Position numbers and translations under genes: made by a program. A stretch of DNA of 46,484 nucleotides from Polyangiaceae bacterium (lineage in GTDB: Bacteria > Myxococcota_A > Polyangia > Polyangiales > Polyangiaceae). The stretch covers positions 1-46,484 of the forward strand of contig JANRKO010000052.1 in assembly GCA_033763455.1 (NCBI GenBank). The letters are read 5' to 3'. Shown piece after piece: positions 37,471-46,484 of this stretch. The notes under the pieces are model-generated. The model ran no database searches. It saw only the letters and a list, made by a program, of their open reading frames with translations, and was not told the origin of the DNA. The number at the start of each line of letters is the position of its first letter. Position 1 is the stretch's first letter.

Positions 37471-38601
37471 TCACGGCTCTATGTTAAGCCGCTCCAGCCT
37501 TCGGGCTGCCCACGGCTCAAACTCGCCTTGCAAGATCGAAAGGCGCGCCTCGGCCACCAGGCTCTGATAAAGGTGAAGGTTGTGCACGGTGATGAGGCGA
37601 AGAGCCGTCATCTCGCCTGCCATGTAGGCGTGTCGAATGAAGGCTCGTGAAAAGCCCAGCTCGCAGGTCGGGCAAGAACACCCGGGCTCAAGCACCCTTG
37701 GATCGTCTCTGAACTTTTGGTTGCGGATAACCAGCTTGCCGTTCGTGAGAAATGCCTGCCCATTGCGGGCGTTGCGCGTAGGGAGGACGCAGTCGAACAT
37801 ATCCACCCCGGCCCCAATAGCTCGAATCAAGTCTTGTTGGGTTCCCACGCCCATAAGGTAGCGCGGGCGAGCCGCGTCCATTCTAAACACCACCTCGCGC
37901 AAAGTCTGGTGCATCAGCTCCGGTGGTTCCCCCACGCTAAAACCACCGAGGGCGAGCCCCTCAAAAGGCAACGACGCCAACTCCTCAGCGTGACGCAAGC
38001 GTAAAGCGACGTTCGAACCGCCTTGCACGATTCCAAAGACTGCCTGCCCCACACGGCGGGACGCCAAACAACGCTTCGCCCACCGCGTGGTCTGCTCAAC
38101 GGCCTGCACTAGTTCTTCTGGAGAAGAGTTTGCGGGTGCGCAGATATCCAGCTGCATCGCGATATCGCTACCGAGGAGCCCCTGTACTCGCATCGCCTCT
38201 TCTGGTGAAAGGAAGCACCGCTTTCCGTCTAGGTGCGACGAAAATTCAAACCCGGCGTCGCTCGTGCGCGTTCGTTGGGCGAGCGAGAATGCCTGAAATC
38301 CGCCAGAATCAGTCACAATCACGTGGGGAAATCTTGAAAAACTGTGGAGGCCACCAAGCTCGGCGATAAGCTCGGGCCCCGGGCGCAACCACAAGTGATA
38401 CGTGTTCATGATCGCCATGCGCGCGCCCATCTCGGTGAGCGTGCGTGGCTCCAGGCCTTTGACCGTAGCCTGCGTTGCCACAGGCATGAAAGCTGGGGTT
38501 TGCACCGACCCGTGATCCGTAGCGAGCGTGCCAGCACGGGCTTTGCCAGACGTTGCTTGAACTTTAAAGCTCAACACTTGCGGCCTCGACACGGGATCCA
38601 C
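37471..38601 (-). CDS. tgt: tRNA-guanine transglycosylase
   Basis: TPAFMPVAT, NTYHL, TDSGGFQ, GIVQGG, DMFDCVLPTRNARNG, CxCxxC..HNL. Confidence 0.97.
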   Translation of the reverse strand: MDPVSRPQVLSFKVQATSGKARAGTLATDHGSVQTPAFMPVATQATVKGLEPRTLTEMGARMAIMNTYHLWLRPGPELIAELGGLHSFSRFPHVIVTDSGGFQAFSLAQRTRTSDAGFEFSSHLDGKRCFLSPEEAMRVQGLLGSDIAMQLDICAPANSSPEELVQAVEQTTRWAKRCLASRRVGQAVFGIVQGGSNVALRLRHAEELASLPFEGLALGGFSVGEPPELMHQTLREVVFRMDAARPRYLMGVGTQQDLIRAIGAGVDMFDCVLPTRNARNGQAFLTNGKLVIRNQKFRDDPRVLEPGCSCPTCELGFSRAFIRHAYMAGEMTALRLITVHNLHLYQSLVAEARLSILQGEFEPWAARRLERLNIEP

Positions 38602-39617
38602 ATCGCATCCCCGTAGGAAAGAAACCTGTAACCATCTGCCACCGCAGCGCGATAGGCTCCTAGCGTCGGGGCATGGCCGGCGAATGCCGCCACTAACATG
38701 AGCAGGGTGCTTTGTGGCATATGAAAATTGGTAAGCAGCGCGTCCACGACTCGGAAATCGTATCCTGGTGTGATGAAGAGCTGAGTGCTTCCGGAGAAGG
38801 CACTGAGGCGCCCCCCCTCCCCTCGGGCGGCGGCCGTTTCCAGCGCTCGCACCACCGTTGTTCCCACGGCCACAACCGGCCGCCCCTCGCGTTTTGCGGC
38901 CTCAATTCTCTGCACCAAGTCCGGAGACACATCCATTTCCTCGGAATGCATCACGTGGTCGGCAATATTCTCGACGCTCACGGGACGGAAGGTTCCTACG
39001 CCCACGTGCAGTGTCAATTTCCCAAACTCCACGCCCCGCGCGGCAAGCCGTGCGAGTAAGGGCTCGGTGAGGTGAAGGCCGGCAGTGGGTGCCGCCACCG
39101 AGCCACTTTTCTGTGCAAACACCGTCTGGTAGCGCTCAACATCCATCGCCTCCGCTTCTCGCTTCAGATACGGGGGGATCGGGACGTTCCCAAATCGATG
39201 CATGATTTCCCGAAGGGAAAGCTCGCCGACGCTGCGCACCTTGATCGAGCCGTCCGCTAGAGATTCTGCGATCTCAATCTTCCCCTCCCCCACGCAGATG
39301 GTTTGCCCAGGTTTGAGGCCCTTGCTGGATCGCCCCAGGGCCAACCAGGTTTCACCTCCCGAGTCGGGACCGAGCAGCAACAGTTCCACGCTGCCGCCCG
39401 AGGCCTGTTTCACTCCACGGAGACGCGCGCGCATCACTCGCGTTTCGTTCAGCACCACTAGTGACCCCGGCTCTACCCAATCGGGCCAGTCCCGAACCTG
39501 GTGATGCGATATCCCGCTGGGCCCAAGCATCAACAGCCGCGCCCCATCGCGTTCTTTCAATGGGTGCCGAGCGATCTGCTCGTCGGGCAGATCGTAGTGA
39601 AAAAAGTCCGCGCGCAC
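38571..39617 (-). CDS. queA: S-adenosylmethionine:tRNA ribosyltransferase-isomerase
   Basis: FHYDLP..IA, PIPPYL, RYQTVFA, AAPTAGLH, VGTTVVRALE, TNFHMPQSTL, YRFLSYGDAM. Confidence 0.97.
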   Translation of the reverse strand: MRADFFHYDLPDEQIARHPLKERDGARLLMLGPSGISHHQVRDWPDWVEPGSLVVLNETRVMRARLRGVKQASGGSVELLLLGPDSGGETWLALGRSSKGLKPGQTICVGEGKIEIAESLADGSIKVRSVGELSLREIMHRFGNVPIPPYLKREAEAMDVERYQTVFAQKSGSVAAPTAGLHLTEPLLARLAARGVEFGKLTLHVGVGTFRPVSVENIADHVMHSEEMDVSPDLVQRIEAAKREGRPVVAVGTTVVRALETAAARGEGGRLSAFSGSTQLFITPGYDFRVVDALLTNFHMPQSTLLMLVAAFAGHAPTLGAYRAAVADGYRFLSYGDAMWIPCRGRKC

Positions 39618-39632
39618 AGTTTTCCCAGCCGT

Positions 39633-41060
39633 TTAACGACTTTCGTACGTCACGCCTAGGCGGGTCATCTTTCGCCACAACGTGGTAGGGCTGATGTGGA
39701 GAGCCTCTGCGGCACGTTCGCGACTTCCACCAAACGTTTCCAACGCTTCCACTACCGCGCGGCGTTCGGCATCATCTACAATGTCCGCAAGCGTCCTCTG
39801 GCGACCATCTTTGGTTTCCGGCGCAGTCTCCGGCAAAATGTCGTCGGCGGTGATAATCCCACCGGAGCACAACGCAACGGCCTGCTCCACCATGTTTTCG
39901 AGCTCACGCACGTTCCCCGGCAACGAATACGTCACAACCTTCTCGATAACGCCCTCGGCAAGCTTCGCGCGGGTGTTCATCTTCTTGTTGTATTTGTCGA
40001 GAAAGAACTCCACAAGGAGCGGTATGTCTTCGCGCCTCTCCCTTAGCGGAGGCAGCTGGAAGCGCACCACATTCAAGCGGTAATAAAGATCCTCGCGAAA
40101 CCGCCGGTCTTCCACGGCGTAACGTAGGTCCACATTCGTGGCGGCTATCACGCGTATGTCGATGTGCTGCGTTTTGTTCTCGCCAATCCTCCGAATTTCC
40201 CCTTCCTGAATGGCGCGCAGCAGCTTGGCCTGAAAGCTCAACGTTGTTTCGGCAATTTCATCGAAGAAAAATGTGCCGCCGTCGGCCTCTTCAAATAGGC
40301 CCTTGCGGGCCGCAATGGCGCCCGTGAAAGCGCCCCGCGCGTGCCCAAAGAGCTCGCTCTCCAGCAACGTTTCGCTAATCGCGGCGCAGTTAACCGTTAC
40401 AAAGGGATGCGCGCCACGTTTGCTGTTAGCGTGAACGGCACGGGCAATGAGCTCTTTGCCAGTACCGCTTTCCCCAGTAATAAGTACCGTGGCGTCCGTG
40501 GGCGCGATCTTCACCACACGGGTCATGATGTCACGCACGGCCTGGGAGCGACCCACGATATTGGCAAAGTGGTAGCGTTCTTTGAACTCCTCTTGAAAGA
40601 GGCGCATCTGCCCGTGAAGCCTGCGCGTTTCTAGCGCCTTATTCACCTTAACCAGCAACTCTTCTTCGGCGAACGGCTTCTGAATGTAGTCAAAAGCACC
40701 GAGGCGCATCGCTTGCACAGCGCTTTCGATGGTACCGTACGCGGTCATTACCACCACCTCGGTCATAGGCTGCGCTTCCTTCACAGCGCGCAGTACTTCA
40801 ATTCCGTCGCAGTCCCCCATGCGCAGATCCGTCAGCACCAGGTCATAAGCTCCGGTGGCCCCCATCTCTTTGCCGGCCTGGCCGTCCGCGGCTTCCTCGA
40901 CATCGCAACCCGCGCCGCGCAGCAACATAGAGAGCGTGGTGCGCATGTTGCGCTGATCATCCACCACCAAGATCTTGGCACCCGCTAGCGGCCCAGCTGA
41001 AGGTTCCGCATTGGCCAAGGTGGTGGTGGTTTCGGTTTTGCCGGATGCTGTCACACTCAC
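39633..41060 (-). CDS. Sigma54-dependent response regulator (NtrC family)
   Basis: [46 protein letters not shown]; Fis-type HTH. Confidence 0.96.
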   Translation of the reverse strand: MSVTASGKTETTTTLANAEPSAGPLAGAKILVVDDQRNMRTTLSMLLRGAGCDVEEAADGQAGKEMGATGAYDLVLTDLRMGDCDGIEVLRAVKEAQPMTEVVVMTAYGTIESAVQAMRLGAFDYIQKPFAEEELLVKVNKALETRRLHGQMRLFQEEFKERYHFANIVGRSQAVRDIMTRVVKIAPTDATVLITGESGTGKELIARAVHANSKRGAHPFVTVNCAAISETLLESELFGHARGAFTGAIAARKGLFEEADGGTFFFDEIAETTLSFQAKLLRAIQEGEIRRIGENKTQHIDIRVIAATNVDLRYAVEDRRFREDLYYRLNVVRFQLPPLRERREDIPLLVEFFLDKYNKKMNTRAKLAEGVIEKVVTYSLPGNVRELENMVEQAVALCSGGIITADDILPETAPETKDGRQRTLADIVDDAERRAVVEALETFGGSRERAAEALHISPTTLWRKMTRLGVTYESR

Positions 41061-41102
41061 TGTCTCCGTTTGGCTGGTGTAGCAACGCCTTGGCCCAAAA
41101 CG

Positions 41103-42425
41103 CTACTCAGCCGCAAGATCGACGGCGCTTGGGTGCCCTTTTGACTGGGGGACATTTCCGGCTGCACCTGCCGTGGAGTGGGCGATAAAAAGGGCTAATA
41201 GGCTGGCAACCGCGAGCACCAAGGTGGCCCCAATAATCGCCACGTGGCGTGGTTGAGCCTGCACCCGAGCCAGCTGTTCGCGCAGCCTTCGCCCTGTTCG
41301 GCCCGCTACTTGCGAGTCTCCGTGCGCCTCAACGCCAGGCTGGGAGTGCTCCCAGGGAGTGGCCGGGGCGCCTGGGCCCGTAGGCGTAAACGCTGGATCG
41401 GGCGAAAGCAAACTAGGGTGAGCCTGGCGCTCAGAACCAAGCTCGATGAGCACATCCCTGACCGCTTGTCGGCGCGCTTCAATTCGTTCCCCCAACACGC
41501 GCTTCAGAAGGCCAGCGAGGCCGGAAGCGGTAACGACGATGCGCTCTCGTTTCAGGAAATCCTCAAGATCATCCTTCAACGCGTCGGCGGTTTGGTACCG
41601 GCTTTCCGGCGTTGGCGCCAAAGCCTTGAGGACGATGCGTTCAAGCTCTGGCGAATACCCAGCAACAACGCTCGAAGGTCGGGGCACCGTGCAGGTTAGC
41701 ACCAACCGCAAGGTATCAATCTCATTTTTCCCCTTAAACAGTCGCCGGTTAGTCGTTAACTCGTAAAGGACTATCCCCAGCGAGAAAACATCGCTCCGCC
41801 GATCGACGCTTTTGCCCCGCGCCTGCTCGGGCGACATATACGAAAATTTACCCTTCAACTGACCTATCTGGGTGGCCTCCGTGAGGCGCCCCACCGCTTT
41901 AGCGATGCCAAAATCCACCAATTTTACGGCCCCCGCGCGGCTGAGTAGAATGTTGTGCGGTGAGATGTCTCGGTGCACCACACCCCGCGGCTTTCCATCT
42001 GCCCCGATAAGCTCGTGGGCCGCATGGAGCCCCGCGGCGGCATCCGCGATGATCTTTACGGCCATCTCCGGTGGGATCGGGCGGCGTTTGCCCGCCTCCT
42101 GCATGATCGCCTGGAGGGATTCGCCTTCCACCCATTCCATCGCCATGAACATGAGGCCCCCCTGTTGCGAGGCCTCGTAGACCTTCACGACGTTGGGGTG
42201 ACGAATGGCCGATACGAGGCGCACCTCGTCCACAAACATGCTGACAAAATCCCCCTCAGCTTCGTCCAAATCGCTCAGCATCACCTTAATCGCGACCAAG
42301 CGGTCTTCTTCCGGCCGCGCTGTCAGCATCCGGGCCACCCACACCGAAGCCATGCCGCCACGCCCCACGGCCAGCAGCAGCTGGTAGTTGGCGAGTCGGG
42401 ATCCTTTGCGCAGCTCGGTGGTCAT
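41103..42425 (-). CDS. Membrane-anchored Hanks-type Ser/Thr protein kinase
   Basis: GRGGMASV, VAIK, HRDISPHN, DFG, YMSPEQ, DVFSLG; C-terminal TM. Confidence 0.95.
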   Translation of the reverse strand: MTTELRKGSRLANYQLLLAVGRGGMASVWVARMLTARPEEDRLVAIKVMLSDLDEAEGDFVSMFVDEVRLVSAIRHPNVVKVYEASQQGGLMFMAMEWVEGESLQAIMQEAGKRRPIPPEMAVKIIADAAAGLHAAHELIGADGKPRGVVHRDISPHNILLSRAGAVKLVDFGIAKAVGRLTEATQIGQLKGKFSYMSPEQARGKSVDRRSDVFSLGIVLYELTTNRRLFKGKNEIDTLRLVLTCTVPRPSSVVAGYSPELERIVLKALAPTPESRYQTADALKDDLEDFLKRERIVVTASGLAGLLKRVLGERIEARRQAVRDVLIELGSERQAHPSLLSPDPAFTPTGPGAPATPWEHSQPGVEAHGDSQVAGRTGRRLREQLARVQAQPRHVAIIGATLVLAVASLLALFIAHSTAGAAGNVPQSKGHPSAVDLAAE

Positions 42426-42651
42426 GACTTGCTCTGGGCGGACACCACTCCGAGCGGTAGCTCGGCGGGGCTCCCCCAATGGACCTACGGTGGCCCTTCT
42501 ACTAGGGTAAGGGCCGGAACCCTCCCGCGCGAGGAGTCAATTGGCGTTCAGATAGTACTTTTCTAGGGGCCACCCGAGCGGCGAGTAGGGTATATGCCGC
42601 AGCCTTCGCACGGACACCCACCCACCAACCGACCCCAAGGAAGCCAACGCA

Positions 42652-43095
42652 ATGTCCTCACTGATGGAACAACTGGCCCAGTCACCAAAACGTGAAGCCG
42701 TCGTGCGCGACGCGTGCACGGTACTCAACCAAGAAGTTGCCGACAAAGGAGGCCTCTCGGGCCTTGCCATCAAAGGCGCATTTAAGCTGCTCGAGGGGAT
42801 CAAGCCTGGGTTTGTCACAGAGGTCGTGGACGCTCTGCTCAACGATTTTCTGACCTCTCTCGACCCCATCTACCAGGAGGCGCTCGAGCGCCAAGTGAAG
42901 CCAGGCGCCCACCTCACGGCAAATGGCTCCCGGGTTGCTGACGCCTTGCTCCAGGTCACCGATCGCAAGGCTGAACACGCCACCCGCCAGGCCATCAAAA
43001 AGACGTACGAAAAACTCCGCCCTACGGCCAAAAAGCATGTTGAATCCGCGGTACCCCGGCTTGCTCAGCTCCTTGAGCGGCACGCGGCTAGCTGA
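42652..43095 (+). CDS. Conserved hypothetical protein (DUF6918-like)
   Basis: AAGGAA RBS; EVADKGGLSGLAIK..IKPGF..ADALL.VTD..YEKLRPTAKKHV pattern. Confidence 0.7.
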   Translation: MSSLMEQLAQSPKREAVVRDACTVLNQEVADKGGLSGLAIKGAFKLLEGIKPGFVTEVVDALLNDFLTSLDPIYQEALERQVKPGAHLTANGSRVADALLQVTDRKAEHATRQAIKKTYEKLRPTAKKHVESAVPRLAQLLERHAAS

Positions 43096-43157
43096 GGCCC
43101 ATTTCCGGAGGGGCCCGCCCGTATTGAGCGTGGGGGCAGCGGAAGTGTGCACAATTG

Positions 43158-43186
43158 TTGACTTCTGGCGTCCACACACTAGAAAT
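43158..43186 (+). promoter_or_regulatory. Possible sigma70 promoter for the oxidoreductase operon
   Basis: TTGACT-N16-TAGAAAT in the intergenic region. Confidence 0.35.
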
Positions 43187-43353
43187 CTGAGCAGCAGGTG
43201 CGGCTCGCTGAATTCTCTTGGTAACCGTCCTGAAAAAGTTCGGCATTGCGCTCGCCGCTCCAGTGCGTCACACGCAGATGCCCAACAATCCGGAAGATCC
43301 CCGGGGCCGGCAGACACGCCCTGCGCCCCAAAGAAAGGTCACAGACACACCAC

Positions 43354-45228
43354 ATGGCAACCGAGGCCGATCGAGTAGAGAGCAACTCGCAGTCTTCTAA
43401 TTCTGTTGAGAAAGTCCCGAGCGCCATCGTGCGCTTCTGCGGCGACTCAGGTGATGGCATGCAGGTAACTGGTGACCAGTTTACCAGTGCGGCAGCGCTC
43501 GCTGGGAACGATCTTTCGACGTTCCCCGACTTCCCAGCCGAAATCCGTGCCCCCACCGGAACGCTGTATGGCGTATCTGGCTTCCAGATCAATTTCGCCT
43601 CGCGCGATGTGTTCACGCCCGGCGACGCACCAGATGTGCTGGTGGCAATGAATCCCGCCGCCTTAAAGACCAACCTGAAAGATCTGAAGCGCGGCGGCCT
43701 GCTTGTGGTGAATTCGGGTGCCTTCAATGCGCTCAACCTTAAGAAAGCCAACTACGAGGCCAACCCGCTCGAAGATGGCTCGCTCGCAGGCTACCAGGTG
43801 ATGTCGATCGACATCAGCAAGCTAACGGTCACCGCCGTTGCCGAGGCCGGCCTCTCCAGTAAAGATGCCGGGCGCTGCAAGAACTTCTGGACCCTCGGGT
43901 TGATGTTCTGGATCTACGGTCGGGATCTTGCGCCCACTCTGAAGTGGATCGACAGCAAGTTCAAAAAGTCTGCTTCAGTGGCGCTCGCCAACACGCTAGC
44001 GCTCAAAGCGGGTTACGCCTACGGCGAAGCAGCAGAAGTTTTCCACCATCGCTATGAGGTCCCTAAGGCTCCCGTAGCAGCGGGCACCTATCGCAACATC
44101 GGGGGCAACACAGCCATGGCGTGGGGCTTGGTCGCCGCCACTCAACTCACAGGGCTCCCTGTCACGCTCGGTGCTTACCCCATCACCCCCGCCAGTGACG
44201 TGCTGCACGAGCTCAGCCGCTTCAAGCACTTTGGCGTTACTACCATCCAAGCTGAAGACGAAATCGCCGCCATCTGTGCCGCGATTGGCGCATCTTACGC
44301 AGGCAGCCTGGGTGTCACCGCAACCAGCGGGCCCGGTATGGCGCTCAAGATGGAGGCGGTGGGCCTTGCTGTGTCCGTTGAATTGCCGCTCGTAATCCTC
44401 AACATCCAGCGCGGCGGGCCCAGCACCGGCTTACCCACCAAAACCGAACAAGCGGATTTGTTCCAAGCAGTGCATGGTCGTAACGGCGAGGCCCCGGTAT
44501 GTGTGCTAGCAGCCGCGACGCCGGGCGATTGCTTTCACATGGTGCTCGAAGCCGTGCGCATCGCCACCAAGTACATGACTCCGGTGATTCTGTTGAGCGA
44601 CGGGTACCTCGCTAACGGTGCTGAGCCTTGGAAGATCCCGGATGTTAACAGCCTGCCGAAGATCAAGGTGGAGTTCCGCAAGGATCCAGAAGGCTTCCAC
44701 CCATTCCTCAGGGACCCGCAGACGCTGGCGCGCCCTTGGGCCATTCCCGGTACGCCTGGCCTTTTGCACCGCATTGGTGGTCTCGAAAAAGACTACAAAT
44801 CAGGCCATATTTCGTACGATCCGCAGAACCACGAGCTCATGTGTCAAACGCGAGCAGCCAAGATTGAGGGCATCGCTCAAGATGTGCCCGAGCTCGAAAT
44901 GGTGGTCGGCGAAGATAGCGGGAAGCTTTTGGTTTTGGGTTGGGGTTCTACATACGGCGCCATTCGTGAAGGCGTCCAGCGTTGTCGCGAGCGCGGCTTG
45001 AGCGTGTCGCACGCCCATGTGCGCCACCTGAATCCTTTCCCCAAAAATCTCGGCGAAGTGCTGAAGCGCTTCGACCGGGTGCTCGTCCCCGAGCTGAACT
45101 TGGGTCAGCTCGTCCAACTCATCCGCGCCAAGTACCTGGTGCCCGCGGAAAGTTACCCGAAGATCCAGGGCCAACCGTTCAAGATCGACGAGATCGAAGC
45201 AAAGATCCGTTCGATGCTGGAGAGCTGA
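43354..45228 (+). CDS. korA: 2-oxoacid:ferredoxin oxidoreductase, alpha subunit (gamma-alpha fusion)
   Basis: GDSGDGMQ, PAEIRAP, YPITPAS, QAEDEIAA, QRGGPSTGLPTK, PELNLGQL. Confidence 0.92.
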   Translation: MATEADRVESNSQSSNSVEKVPSAIVRFCGDSGDGMQVTGDQFTSAAALAGNDLSTFPDFPAEIRAPTGTLYGVSGFQINFASRDVFTPGDAPDVLVAMNPAALKTNLKDLKRGGLLVVNSGAFNALNLKKANYEANPLEDGSLAGYQVMSIDISKLTVTAVAEAGLSSKDAGRCKNFWTLGLMFWIYGRDLAPTLKWIDSKFKKSASVALANTLALKAGYAYGEAAEVFHHRYEVPKAPVAAGTYRNIGGNTAMAWGLVAATQLTGLPVTLGAYPITPASDVLHELSRFKHFGVTTIQAEDEIAAICAAIGASYAGSLGVTATSGPGMALKMEAVGLAVSVELPLVILNIQRGGPSTGLPTKTEQADLFQAVHGRNGEAPVCVLAAATPGDCFHMVLEAVRIATKYMTPVILLSDGYLANGAEPWKIPDVNSLPKIKVEFRKDPEGFHPFLRDPQTLARPWAIPGTPGLLHRIGGLEKDYKSGHISYDPQNHELMCQTRAAKIEGIAQDVPELEMVVGEDSGKLLVLGWGSTYGAIREGVQRCRERGLSVSHAHVRHLNPFPKNLGEVLKRFDRVLVPELNLGQLVQLIRAKYLVPAESYPKIQGQPFKIDEIEAKIRSMLES

Positions 45229-45230
45229 TC

Positions 45231-46256
<1,026 letters not shown>

Positions 46257-46484
46257 TCCCCGCGAGCTCAAAGCCAGCAGTTCCTCCCAGCATCACCTCA
46301 ATTTCTCCTCCCACACTCCGACTTTCTGAGCTAGAAGGCCCCCCTCATGTGCGTCACGAAGCTGCAGCTGACCAGCGGGTGCCGGCCTGGAGACGATCCG
46401 GGTCGAAGTCTCGTCAGCGGAAATACCGAAAGGTCGTTGTATCGAGTCTTGCGTCTTGCATCGCGAGGTGCCGGGCGAAGCGTA

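Overview
GC-rich bacterial DNA, very likely Myxococcota (Polyangiales-like), judging by a MYXO-CTERM protein, a GltJ/AgmX-like protein, a Hanks kinase and a TonB-fused receptor. (i) 1-6.7 kb is a conflict/defence patch. Two copies of a ~1.3-kb module (172-bp structured non-coding leader, Rpn/YhgA nuclease gene, 61-bp attC-like site with non-canonical AAT/ATT cores) are interleaved with minus-strand cargo. The cargo is a truncated second-family Rpn gene, an orphan RHS C-terminus carrying a GH24 lysozyme plus a putative lipoprotein immunity gene, a second toxin-fragment/immunity-like pair, and an AbiEi remnant. It resembles an integrase-less integron-like cassette array. (ii) 6.9-26 kb is chromosomal: esterase, biotin carrier, D-cysteine desulfhydrase, sulfatase-like protein, xerC, ABC permease, lipoprotein, pseudo-histidine kinase/REC, TerB, Fe-S carrier and an RpoH-type sigma. 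(iii) 26.2-33.3 kb holds an inactivated IS5-family element with a 6-bp TSD, then a LuxR regulator divergent from a lipoprotein/DUF1036-like/DsbA-like (SxxC)/TonB-dependent receptor cluster. (iv) 33.7-46.5 kb holds rnpB, a GltJ-like gene, an MshEN-REC-TPR gene, tgt, queA, a sigma54 response regulator, a Ser/Thr kinase and 2-oxoacid:ferredoxin oxidoreductase alpha/beta. All family calls come from motifs recognised by eye; no searches were run.
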